64,000 bases of DNA from Octopus sinensis (GCF_006345805.1 NC_042999.1:128154001-128218000); one strand, 5' to 3'. Shown: positions 40,700 to 55,997, counted from the stretch's first letter. Made by a program: numbers and translations. The notes: generated by a model not told the origin, from the letters alone.

Positions 40700-41780
40700 G
40701 ATATTGCTTGAAGAGAAAAAAGAAAAAAACACATTATTGCTTTTGTTGATATGCTTTAATATTTGTCAAGATTGATATTATTTTTGTGATAGACTTCAAT
40801 AGATATGTCCTTTTATAATGTTTGGTCAGAAAATGAAACGAAATAAATAAATAATAGAGAAATGAAAAAATAAATTGATATTGCTTTCCAAACAAAATTG
40901 TTAAAAAATGTATTTTATGCTTTCTTGCTAAATGTATCAATAATAAGAATGTTATTGCTTATTTGAATAGTTTTCATTGAATAATTGACAGAATCTGATA
41001 AATATGTCAACTCAATGTAAATCAGGGAAGGAATTTATTGCTTTTTTTTGGTAGGGAATAAAACAGTACTTAAATCATTATGCCAGTAGCCCACCATCAC
41101 TGGCTGTCAATAAAGAACAGAGACTTATTGCTTTTTTCAAACACTTTAAAGAGTGTATAAAATTCATAAAGATATTTAAATTATTTATTCCCACATTTAT
41201 GAGTAGGAAAACGTTATTGCTTTTCAGAAGTCATGGACAAAAAAGTTATTGCTTTTTGAATACTTTTGTTGTATGAGTAAATTTCATAAATTATACCAAA
41301 TAGTTATTTCCTATGAATACAAAAAGTTGTTATTGCTTTTTGAATATTTGATTTGTAAATAGTTAAAAAAAATTATTGTAAGTTGTCTTCTTCTTGTATG
41401 TTATGAGAAGAAAAAAATAACCCATTATTGCTTTTTGAATATTTTCATTGAATGAATTTGAATTTGGAAGTTTTCATTAACATATAGTGATAAAGTTTAT
41501 GTAGAATGATAACAGATTTTTGGAAAGTTCGATGGAGGGAAAATTATTGCTTTTGAAAAGTTCATTTAAATGAGACAAAAAATTCAAACAAAACAAAACA
41601 GAACATATTAATCAATTTCTAAATACATAGAAATAGGATTGGTGAAAACACTGTGGACAGGAAGACAAGAAAAAATATAGAAATTTATGTGGGATGGTTG
41701 ATTAAACATCTCAAATAGAATTTATTTTTTCTGATTTCACAAATTAGTAGCAGATCTGTGTAAAATTGTTAATTATTGCT
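40700..41780. repeat. Degenerate ~85-95-bp tandem array with a conserved TTATTGCTTTT(T)GAATA core
   Basis: TTATTGC at 40734, 40952, 41035, 41125, 41214, 41246, 41330, 41425, 41544 and 41773. Confidence 0.75.
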
Positions 41781-44074
41781 TATCTGATTTTAAAATTTTC
41801 AATTGATTAAGAGTAATTTTTTAAAGAAAACTTTATGTTAACTAATCTGAATAGATTCAAAATAGTTTGTTTCATAGGAGCTATTTTTGAGTTTATTGCA
41901 AGCAGAGTTTCTTTACTAAAACATGAAATTTGTATAATAAAACTATTTATTCCAAAGCTATATGTAGCTCACATTAAGCCCTCTTTGGATTTCTTGTCTC
42001 TTTGATCTTTGATTCAAGAATTTTGACATATACATACATACATATGTGGACACATATATGTACATATGTATATATGTGCATACACACACATACACACACA
42101 CATGCACACAAGCACATATATATGGATGTGTGTGTATAAATATTCTTAGAGATGTGATATGAATTATCATATCAGTTATTAATATAATTGTGTGGTTTTG
42201 TCACATTAATAGTAATTTCTTAAAAAAACCTGATGTTAATGACTATTTTTCTCTCTAGTAAAACAAATGAACACGAAAGAAAATTTTATTCCACATGGCT
42301 AAAAAATACATTGTTTTCGAAATTTAACTGAGATATTTGCTCATTATACTGCTTACAGAATACATTTGTTTATCCTTGTCTCATCATGTAGGGGTTGTAT
42401 TATAAGATATATGATTCAATGCTTTCTTGTCTAAATGGAGTAATGTATAATATTAACTACTGGCTAATGTTCAGCATTCAAATTGTATTTCAAATTTTTT
42501 TTTTCCATACAATAGCAGTTATAAATTCGGCTCAAAAACTCTTTAATTCACAATAACATTTAACCCATACTTTACACATGACTCATTGTTTAAAACTCAC
42601 ACCATATCCAATTCATTACAAATTAACATATACTTAAATCTCTTGTTTAGCAAATAATTATATCATCTAATAATACCTCAAAAACAATTCCAATCTAATA
42701 TGGTTTACCACTAATGTTACACCATCTGTATCCAACAAATTTTTGCTTACATAATTTTCATAAATACAGTTTCAAATTTGCATTTGTCAAACACTGTCTG
42801 ACTTTTGATTGTTTGTGTAATTGCTAATTCTGACACTTGTCTAGCTAATTGCAATCAATTCATTACATTTGGCTAATCAGTGTTTAATATTTAAACAAAC
42901 TTACATTTGTCTTTCTGATGTTTGGTCTCCATTTAGTCAGTATAGATTAACAATCATTAAATTCATTCAACTATTCACCTGCATCTGTTCCTTTTGCTCA
43001 CTGACATTTATATTATTTGGTCATTCTGATACATTATCCACATTATTTAGGGTATAACCAAATTATCCTAGTTCTTAGCTATTAGATAAGTAATTAATAT
43101 GACACTAACATATACTCAAGTGTTGAGGTTTCAATATATGAAGTTTTCTCAACTTGAAAATTACTGTAATCAACATCAAAATTTTAAACATTTTTTTCAT
43201 TTGGAATAAAAATATTTTGAAATAAAAAACATTTTTTTCCCAACATTTTTTGTATTTGCATTTGTTCTATGAGATATTTAATAAAGGTTGTAATGATAAT
43301 TAAATTTGATGAATGTTACAATAACTAAAATTTGCAGACAACTGACCTTTGACATGTGGTTTTATCAATTTAGATAGCTACAAAAAAAATCCAACAAGGA
43401 ACAAATAACAAAACAACTGCCATAATTTTTGGAGGGTGAAGGGGGCAGACTACTTTAAATTTCATCATATCAGAAGGAAAGTTGAATAATAACAAATGAG
43501 ATAATCTGTCAATACTATTGAGGTACTTGCTAGAGATTCAATGAGTTCCATACCAAATTCTAAGATGTCAGCTTTTCTTATTTTATCAGTTGTTAATTAT
43601 TTTGGTGCTAAATATAAAAAGTGACACAGATGAAATATGACAATAATGATAATGATGACGATGATGATGATGATGATGATGATGGTGATGATGAAAGGTT
43701 GAAGGAAGGTGCTGATTATGTTTATTATCATGATGATAATAATTATTACCAGCATCACCACCATTATCATTGTTAAGCTGAATTAACTTCATACTATAAA
43801 ATATTTTAAATGCCTAGTTAAACATATGTATTTATTTTAATAAATTATTAAAGATAATGCCGCAAATTTGAGAGGAGGATTTTTTAATGAATAATATGGC
43901 TGCACTTTAGTTTATCTTATCTCAACAGGCCATCTGGCACTTGCAAAACCTATTACAATTGTATATGCATAGAAAACAGACAAGGAGGAAAAAAGGCAAA
44001 ATTTATTAATGATGATTGAGAAAGCCAGGAATATGCATCAGGATTTTCATAGATATTTCCTTAAATGTTATGGG

Positions 44075-44108
<34 letters not shown>

Positions 44109-44369
44109 TTTTACTTGTTTCAATCATTTGACTGTGGCCATGCTGAGGCACCGCTTTTAGTCAAGCAAATTGACCTCAGGACTTATTCTTTGACTGCCAT
44201 GTTTCACTAAATTGGAATACAAAGTGATTATGAAACTAATATGTATTTGAATGTGACAGAATAATCCCTTGCCAGAGTTCCCCTCCCACATATATATATA
44301 TATATATATATATATGCATGTATATATATATGTTTATATGTATTATATATATATATATATATATATATA

Positions 44370-46180
44370 GCAACAAATTAAGTCATTTAACAGAAGAGAG
44401 AAAAATTATACCTGTAACTGCTAATTATGAAAATGAACCATAGCAGAATAAAAAATGAATACAATAAAATAAGAAACTGGTATTAGTGACATAACTGAAC
44501 CAATCAGTTCATTAGAGAAAAATTTTGCAATGACCTGAATTCACAAACGATATCATCTCTCTCTCTCTCTCTCTCTTTTTTATATTTAATTTTAAATGAA
44601 TTCTGAATATATTTTATAAATGATAGCAAAATCTGCAATAATTTATCACCCCAACAGTAATGAAGGAGAAAGCTTATTAATATTGATGGAGAATGATAAT
44701 AATAAGAGGATGATAGTGATTATTTTGTGTATGTCTTGGCACAAGGCCAACTTTATAGGGAGACATGCTGTTAATTGTATTTATTGCATGTATATTACTG
44801 GGAATTATTTTATCTACTTCAGAAGCAGGGAAGGCAAAGTCAACGATAGTGGGATTAGAAATGAAACTAAATACTGTAAGATATTTAGTAAGGTGCCCTA
44901 CCATTTCTGTCAAATGCTTTTGTAAAGCTTTCATCTTGTAATTATGGTATGGAAAATTTTCATTTGAATATCTACAAATCTTCTTAATGATTGATTATTA
45001 ATTTTTTTAAATATAAACTTTATCATTAGAACTTCCAAATTTACATTTTTTATTTTTTTTGAAAATGTAACAACTGAAAATGATCACAACTTATAAACAT
45101 TTTTTATGGCTCACAGGCAAAAAGCAAGTTGACAAATTACATTTTCATCATAAATAGATGACTATCAAAACTATTAACAATTTGCTGACATTTATATACC
45201 ATAGTAAATAATTCTTTGTTGCAGAAGTGTTGTTCAAATATATATCATATATATATATATTATATATATATATATATTATATATATATATATATAGCAAC
45301 AAATTAAGTCATTTAACAGAAGAGAGAAAAATTATACCTGTAACTGCTAATTATGAAAATGAACCATAGCAGAATAAAAAATGAATACAATAAAATAAGA
45401 AACTGGTATTAGTGACATAACTGAACCAATCAGTTCATTAGAGAAAAATTTTGCAATGACCTGAATTCACAAACGATATCATCTCTCTCTCTCTCTCTCT
45501 CTCTTTTTTATATTTAATTTTAAATGAATTCTGAATATATTTTATAAATGATAGCAAAATCTGCAATAATTTATCACCCCAACAGTAATGAAGGAGAAAG
45601 CTTATTAATATTGATGGAGAATGATAATAATAAGAGGATGATAGTGATTATTTTGTGTATGTCTTGGCACAAGGCCACTTTATAGGGAGACATGCTGTTA
45701 ATTGTATTTATTGCATGTATATTACTGGGAATTATTTTATCTACTTCAGAAGCAGGGAAGGCAAAGTCAACGATAGTGGGATTAGAAATGAAACTAAATA
45801 CTGTAAGATATTTAGTAAGGTGCCCTACCATTTCTGTCAAATGCTTTTGTAAAGCTTTCATCTTGTAATTATGGTATGGAAAATTTTCATTTGAATATCT
45901 ACAAATCTTCTTAATGATTGATTATTAATTTTTTTAAATATAAACTTTATCATTAGAACTTCCAAATTTACATTTTTTATTTTTTTTGAAAATGTAACAA
46001 CTGAAAATGATCACAACTTATAAACATTTTTTATGGCTCACAGGCAAAAAGCAAGTTGACAAATTACATTTTCATCATAAATAGATGACTATCAAAACTA
46101 TTAACAATTTGCTGACATTTATATACCATAGTAAATAATTCTTTGTTGCAGAAGTGTTGTTCAAATATATATCATATATA
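44370..46180. repeat. Near-identical tandem duplication, period 926-928 bp
   Basis: Units ~44370-45250 and ~45296-46180. The only differences noticed were one extra CT unit and a 1-bp indel (ggccaacttt/ggccacttt). Confidence 0.95.
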
Positions 46181-47241
46181 TATATATTTTAAAAAATCAG
46201 TCTTTTCTTGTACACATTCTTACATTTCAGAACAATAAAGAGGCAAATAACAAAAATCACAAAATTGAAACAAAAATATCAACAAAAAATCAACAAATTT
46301 CATATTCCTGAAACATATTAAAACAAATGGAATCTTATATCATAAATTACATTTAGAATATCATTGTAAGATCAAACTTTTGGGAATGGGTTTATTTATA
46401 TATTTATCGAAATTATTAACAGTTAGGTTGCGTTTTATCTGTTTACATCCGTTCTCATTTGGTCTCAGTTGATTAATTATTAACCTGTTTGTGTTGGTGA
46501 ATGGTGATGCTAAGTTCAGAAGGAATGGCTTATTTAGCAGCATAAGTTTGTTTGATGTTTTTGTCATCAGTTATGGCTTCAAAAAAAGTCACTGCATCAA
46601 TAAGAATTTGTTGAAATTTTTCAAGTAATCAAAATTAAATAGTTTCTAAGATGTATGTTAATAGGCAATTTAAAATATAGGTCTTGAAATTAACTGTTAA
46701 TCAAAAAAGTATATCATAAAATAATCATTAAAGTCCCCTTTAAAATGTTTGAAATATCCAAATGGCAGTTCAAAGAATTTTGGCAAGAATTCTCTGTTAA
46801 GTATTAATACTAGTAATTCAATAAGTTTCCTGTCATTAAATGTTGAGTAACTACAATAACAAATATCTTACTTTAGATGCCTTACAGTGTATATTTGAGA
46901 GTTCAGAAAATACCTCAATCATCTTATATATATTTGGATGAGAGAGAAGGAGAGAGAGAGAAAGGGCAGAGGAAAGAAAGAAAGAAAGAAAGAAAGAAAG
47001 AGTGAGGGAGAAAGCATTTGTGAAAGCTAATAATTCTTTTACAAAAATTACCTAAATGATTTAGTTTCTTTATAAATCTAAACAATCATATAAGTTATAT
47101 AACCATAACAACTAAAATTTGTTGTAATGTCCATTCAGTTCTATTTAGTTAGCATTTTCTATTGCTGCAGAACCTAACCTATAATGGGAGCTATGATTGT
47201 AAAGAGTAGACACAATGAAAAATAAACAACAATCAACATTT

Positions 47242-47301
<60 letters not shown>

Positions 47302-47494
47302 TAATTTACTAAGTCTTCTACGACTCATTCTTACAGCTACTAAGAGCCAAATTATTTTCATTTATATTAATTTTCCCAATAATCTACTCAGAATTTAGCA
47401 TATTATATTAATTGATTAGTTATTGTCAGAGCTTATGGTATATTCTGTAAAAGTTCCCTTACAAAACTTTGAAACTTATAATGTTCACTCAAAC

Positions 47495-49030
<1,536 letters not shown>

Positions 49031-50673
49031 TATACATCCTTAGTGACTTTCAAATATCACAGTACTTCCAAATGTTTGTACTCTTACATCACAGCATTTC
49101 TAAGGTTTCTGTACTTCTATTGCAAGTCTAGTCAAGTTAAGAAGTTGACCTCTCAATTACAGGGCCTGAATTTGATTGGTCAGCATGCTATCTTGGGTAA
49201 ATGTTTTCTGCTATAACCTTGAGTTGAATCAAGGTTTGTGTGTTTGAAATTAGATAGACAGAAGCTGGGTAGAAGAAATTTCTCAGAATGAGTTATATCT
49301 GTAATTCTAAGGCCAACTTTGTTCCATACTGAATCATAAGGATTTTTTTGAGAATTTCATTCAGAGTACACTTGGACTATTCACCATGTACATTATAATA
49401 TAATAAAATAATAGTTCCATTGATCAAACAGATTGAGTATTCATTGTCAAAAGTGATGGAGAATCCATTTATCATTTTCATTCCCAGATCACAGCATCTG
49501 AATTATTACACACTAGTATAATACAATATTCTCATATCACATGTTTTCCTAATTACAGCAATCCTATATTCTTAATGCATAGACTGTCCTAGATTATTTA
49601 AAATCCCGGATTGGAATCTTCAGATTCAGGATCATTGCATATCTGAATTACTGTAGTCTTACATTATACATTCTCCTAGATTATAGTTATACCTATACTT
49701 TAGTACATCTAGACTCATTTATGTATAGATATAACACTTCTTGAGTGCACCTATTCCTGCATTACTGAAGCCCGAGATAAATGGAATGCTTGTGTATCTC
49801 TATTCTTAGATTACACTACTCCTACATAGCAGCTACTTTAAATAAAAGCATTTTGATATTCAGAATTATTTAAAAAATTATTACTAGAAATCATGTTTAA
49901 ATCTTTTTGTCATCATATTTTTGCTAAAGTACACTGACTTTGTTTCAATTAATTTTTTAGACTATGAAGAATTTAATAAAATGATTTTGTCATTATAAAG
50001 CTGGTGTTTGGAACAAATTAATATAAAAGTTTGATGAAAGATCTAAAATTAGATCACTTTGAAACAGGAGGTTTGTGTCAAACCTAGAGGCAGGTGTGGC
50101 CTCAAGTGGGTTGGCATACAAAGAGTTAACTGTTCAAAAATAAATCTGTTTTTCGGATGAAACTTGTCAAGAATACACTTCAGTGCCATTCCTATCCACT
50201 TCCCATTTTCTCCATTATTTACAAACACAAGTATACTAACATTTAAGCATATGGAAGTAATTTTGAAAAAATAACATGCAATTTTACTTTATGGGAATAT
50301 TCAACAGATCTTCATTACCCATGGTTTACTACAAGGAAAAAGATCCAAAACTTTACTCAACAATCACTCCATTAAAAAGACCAAGCACAAATCTAGTCAG
50401 ATTTATAAGCAACACCAAATTAAGGAAACAATCTAAGACATAATTTGAAATTCTTCAAAAAAGTTTAACCAATGCAGACTTAAGGATATAAACAACATTT
50501 TCAAGTAATGTAACTTTTTGCCTATTTGTTCATAAATCATAAATTTATCACATTTTCATATGTGATATTAATCCAAGCATTCTTGACATGTCAGATTACT
50601 AATATTCTTAAAGGACCAGTTAAAACTCTGATCAACAATGTTGGAGTCAAATGTCTTTTTATCAAATAAGCAA

Positions 50674-50683
50674 TCCCAAGGGA
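50674..50683. promoter_or_regulatory. Perfect COE/EBF-type palindrome TCCCAAGGGA
   Basis: AATCCCAAGGGAAT matches TCCC-NN-GGGA. Motif match only. Confidence 0.3.
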
Positions 50684-51438
50684 ATTTCATTAAATAGTTT
50701 AAGATTTTCTTTTAATATTATTACTTATATCATTTCTATCTGATACTACTCATCTAACAAATACTATTGCTAAAACTCATTTAATAAATATTTCCTGGTT
50801 TACGTAAATAATTATTATGAAATGACATATATATAACCAGGCTGTATTTTGTATAAGTTAACATGTTAAAGTATATATGATATTCTGATACAATTGTTTA
50901 ATTTCATTTATGTAACTTTGTAAGAGTTTTAGTTAGATTAAATGTAATCTTAGAATAACTTATATGTTTTTATCTTTAACTCAACCCTTTGATTTATCAA
51001 AAAAGTTCTCACTATAAAGTCAGCAGATGGGTATGTAATTGTCAAATACATATGATAAAAGAAAAATCCCTTTTTCTGACACTAACAGAAAACTTCAAGA
51101 AAACGTTACTGAAAATTAATTTTGATTTTTGAGGAGGGACAAGAAAATAAACTATGCATTTAAAATTTTCGAAACAGTAAATTATAATTTAGTCAAAAAA
51201 GCATCTGATTTTAAAGTTAGGATAGAAAGACATGAATATTTATGCAGTTTTCAAAATGTTTACCATTTTACTAGTCCAAGTACAGAAATAAATAGTCATT
51301 TATAAACGTATTTATTATTGCATTAGTTTATAAAAAATTTATTGTTAAAAATTTTAAACCAGACTTAGTGCATATTCGTATTTTTGCATACTTTTGTATG
51401 TTCATAAGATTGTGTGTTTATCAAAAGTAATTTTCATA

Positions 51439-51468
51439 CATATATATATATATGTATATATATATATA

Positions 51469-51519
<51 letters not shown>

Positions 51520-51522
51520 CTA

Positions 51523-51601
<79 letters not shown>

Positions 51602-51651
51602 TATATATATAATTATATATATATATATGTGTGTGTGTATATATATATATA

Positions 51652-51685
<34 letters not shown>

Positions 51686-52054
51686 GATGTATGCGTATAT
51701 ATATATACTCATATGATATATAATATATATATATATACATCTTTATATATATCGTTATATCAATATACATACATGCATATATAGACACTCATAAACATAG
51801 ATATATATATATGCTTCAACACATAATATATTATTATATATATATGCACACACATAATATATTCATACCAACAAAAATACAAATATATATGTATGTATGT
51901 ATATACAGATGTATTGTGTATGTTTTCAAGCATATATACATATGCAGCTTCTTGTGCATTTTGTAGATTTCTATAATGAGAACCTGCTTTTAGTAAGAGT
52001 ACACACACAATACATCTATGTATCTATGCAAATATATTATTATATGGATACATC

Positions 52055-52086
<32 letters not shown>

Positions 52087-52295
52087 TGTATGTATGATGT
52101 ATGTATGTATGTATGTATTTATGTATGTGTGTGTGTATACATACATACATGTATATATATATATATATACATACATATATACACACACATAAGTATATGC
52201 ATAAATATATAATCATATATTTGTATATATATGTATATGTATGAACCTATATCCATATATATATATCTATATATCTATCTATCTATCTATCTATC

Positions 52296-52331
<36 letters not shown>

Positions 52332-52815
52332 ATATATATATGTATGTATTTATGTATGTATGTATATGCATGTGTATGCATGAATATACATATACATATA
52401 TATATGTATGTATATATGCATACACATGCATACATAAGTGTGTGTGAATAAAAGTGAAAGAAAAAAGGATATAATTAAAGACAAAGAGAAAGAGAAAGAA
52501 AAAGGGAGAGGAATGGGAACATATATGTGCCACTATGTGAATAAACACACAAATGTGCATATACATGAATTTTTAAAATTATTATTTCGTTTTGAAAATT
52601 AAATTGCCTTTAAATGTTTGAATTTCTCACTATGTGTGTGTGTGTATGTATAATATGTATATATGTGTTTGTGTGTGTGTATATGTAAATATATATATGT
52701 ATACACATTTATATGTACATAAACATACATATATACACACACACATATATATATATACACACACATATATATATATATATATATGCATCTATATTTATAT
52801 GTATATATATATATA

Positions 52816-52879
<64 letters not shown>

Positions 52880-52948
52880 TAGATATATATGTATATATAT
52901 GCATATATATATATATAATATATATATATACACACATGCATATGTACG

Positions 52949-53037
<89 letters not shown>

Positions 53038-53095
53038 TATATATATTATATATATATACATATATACATGTATATATGTGCTTATATATACATAT
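51439..53095. repeat. ~1.65-kb TA/ATGT/ATCT low-complexity field
   Basis: Directly visible. Confidence 0.95.
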
Positions 53096-53700
53096 CTTTC
53101 AGTAACATCAACAAAAACACCTAACATTAACATTAATATTAACTGAGAAACTGAGAAACACTTTTGGACCCAGATGTAACAAGATCTAAACATTTGCATA
53201 CCAGATGTTAACATTCATTTTGTAGTACAAATATCAATGCCAACAGATCAGATGTAAACATTCATAAGATTCCTTTAACACTGTAATGTTTCATGAAATA
53301 ATAAGTTAGAAATACATAATTAATGTTTGTATGAATGACTTTTTTTAAAAAAAGGCAAGATACATAAAAAGGGAAAAAAAACTAGGAAAATAAATCCAAC
53401 CATTTCTCACTTTAGTAAAATGTCTCTTGACTACGTACATCAAGATTTGAAAAGAACATTATAATAAATCATGGAGAACCAAATATTACTAATAAAACCA
53501 AATATATTTTTTTAACCAATGTGTTGGAACAAGCAGAGGTGGATTTGATTGGTTCCCCATAGATCACATGGTTGGTTCATTAATAAACCCTACCCCATGA
53601 TAAAACACACATGATTCAATTTTTTTGATCCACATGGACATTTTGTCCTCTTCTAATATTACTTTTGTCGGTGGGTTGATTCAAAAAAGAACAATGTCAT

Positions 53701-53706
53701 TTTATT
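53701..53706 (-). promoter_or_regulatory. Candidate polyadenylation signal AATAAA for SLC5A7
   Basis: tttatt on the + strand, ~250 nt past the stop codon. The hexamer is common in AT-rich DNA. Confidence 0.25.
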
Positions 53707-53950
53707 AAATAAAGAAATAAACATAGCAGTATTATCAACAACATCAACAATGATAACAATATTCTGAACATATATTTAAAAGACTGTCTCCCTTTTCTAA
53801 AAAGTAGCATGTTTATAGTAATGCCATTGATCGTTTTCAAAGACATTGCCACCTTGGCCATCATCACTGGTTTGTTTTGAGGGTTATTGCAATGGTTTTT
53901 GTTCATTTGTTCTAAACCAGGGTATATTGACTATGTAACTTCCAATATGG

Positions 53951-54580
53951 TTAACCATTTGATCCAAGAGTAGGATCTGATGTTGTTCCAATGTATCCAT
54001 AGTTAACATGCTCTTTAACACCCAGATCTTCTTGTGATATCTTCAGTGCTGGGTTAATTTTACCATTCATTTCTAGTGTTGGTGTGATTGCTGTCAGTTC
54101 ATTCGCTGGTTCTCTCATGGCGAGGGCAATAACTTCATCTGGTATGTTGACAATGCACATGAAAACGTCATAGCGCCGTGGTAGATGGGCATTCTCAAAG
54201 AGGTATTTGAATACGTACGAAACACCCACTATTGTTCCAAGAGAAAGAAACATGGCTAAGGTTTTGAATGGAAACATTTGAAGATGTTCATCCTCATCAT
54301 AGAAAGGATAAAAAATGATGGGTTCAATAAAAAGTGTGGGTTCCCCACCTGAAAGGCGCATGAATATGCCAACTATATAGCCAGCTAACGATCCATAGGT
54401 GTTTGCCCACTCTAAATACACAACAGTCACAAGTTGGGGGAACAATATCACGTAGACAAAATCGGAGCAAAGATACCAAAGATCATAGACCGATGTCACC
54501 TTTAATGCCATTGCAGTTGCGAGAACACCAACACCAAAAATAGCTACACGCATCACCCAAAGGATTTCTTGATCCGATGC
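53951..54580 (-). CDS. SLC5A7: High-affinity choline transporter, terminal exon ([11 protein letters not shown]...FPFKTLAM...GSNG*)
   Basis: CHT1 motifs ASDxEIxWVMR, LWYLxSDxVY, FPQL, GGEP and FPFKTLAM. ttttcag acceptor, 630 nt including stop. Confidence 0.97.
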   Translation of the reverse strand, partial: ASDQEILWVMRVAIFGVGVLATAMALKVTSVYDLWYLCSDFVYVILFPQLVTVVYLEWANTYGSLAGYIVGIFMRLSGGEPTLFIEPIIFYPFYDEDEHLQMFPFKTLAMFLSLGTIVGVSYVFKYLFENAHLPRRYDVFMCIVNIPDEVIALAMREPANELTAITPTLEMNGKINPALKISQEDLGVKEHVNYGYIGTTSDPTLGSNG

Positions 54581-55997
54581 CTGAAAAAGAAAACAAGGAC
54601 AACATTTACAAAAACCTGATGAATAGTTATAAAATTTTAGCACAAGATATAACAATTTGCATTAAGAGAGTTAAAAGTAAAACTGTCAGAGGACTGTCAC
54701 ACCTATTTCTACTTCAAACTAAAGACCATGTCACTCAGAAATAATTGCTGGAATTTGGAGTAGAAAATTTTGATGGTAAATAAAAAGGTAGCAGGAAGGA
54801 AGACAATCAGATTATCTCTAATGGTGGAATCACAGATATAAGATAGATAAAATTGCATCTTAATGGCTAGAAAAGATATCAGTTTAATTAATTGCTAAAT
54901 GATACCCACATTGAAGTGCTGTTCAAAAATCTGGGCTAGTATTGCTTGCTGCTTTGTATAAAAACACTTAAAACTGTTTATTGTTATCCTAAATCGCTTC
55001 TAAAGCAAACCTGGAGATCTGTTTTGGAAGCAATTTAAAATATTTTTATGTATATTTCCTGGATGATAGTCAAAAACTCACTCTATGACATCCCGCAACC
55101 TGTAGCTAACATATTCGTTGTTTCTGCTCCTTATCTTGCAGAAAGTGAATATAAATATATTCCTGGATATGATTCTAGACTGTTACATATAACATTCCTA
55201 AAACTGAAACTGACAAGGTTTACCATCGATTTAGGAAAGTTTGTATCTAATGAATGTGAAGGCACATGGTTTAGTGATTAGGATATTTGGCTCAATGTCA
55301 TAAAGTCTTGAGTTCAATTCCTAGCAGTGCATTGTGTTTTTGACCACGATACTTTATTTCATGCCTACTCAGTTGGCAAAGAGGAATCGTACCTGCAATT
55401 CTGTGTCTCACTGAATCTCACTAAGAACTACATCAATCCTTTGGAGACAGCCTCATTTGGAGTTTCAATGCCAAGAAGATGGAGCCCTTTTCATAAGCTC
55501 TACAGAAGGCATGCACTTATTTTTCAAAAAAATTATAAAAAATAGAGTAATTACTTTACATATATAAAACTATATATATTATTGTAGGAAATTGAATGAA
55601 CTAATACACTATTCTTTGTCATTTGACTTTTTGACTGATAGAGAGGCATTGTCGTCTCCTAAAGGTTATGGGTACACATGTTTGTGAAGTGCTCATCCAC
55701 TTGCATGCTAATTTCACAAGCAGGCTGTTTGGTTGATTGAATCAACTGGAACTCGTGTTGTTGTAATTGATGAAGAGCCAGACCATCCAATGGGAAGATG
55801 ATGCTGATGTATCAGAACTGATATGGGGCTTTGTGAGGAGAATAAACTTTTTAAAATTCTTTCTGAGAAAAAATTTCTTTCTCCCTTAGAAAGAGTTGCT
55901 TGTGAAAAAGTCACTTGTGAAAGAGTTGCTTATGAATGAGTCACCTGTGAAACATTGATATTATTTTCTCCTCATAACATACAAATTCTCTTTTTTT

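Noticed and set aside
40700-41780. CRISPR-like reading of the motif-and-spacer array
   Set aside because: Eukaryotic context, no cas genes, a core too short and irregularly spaced, and spacers related to each other.
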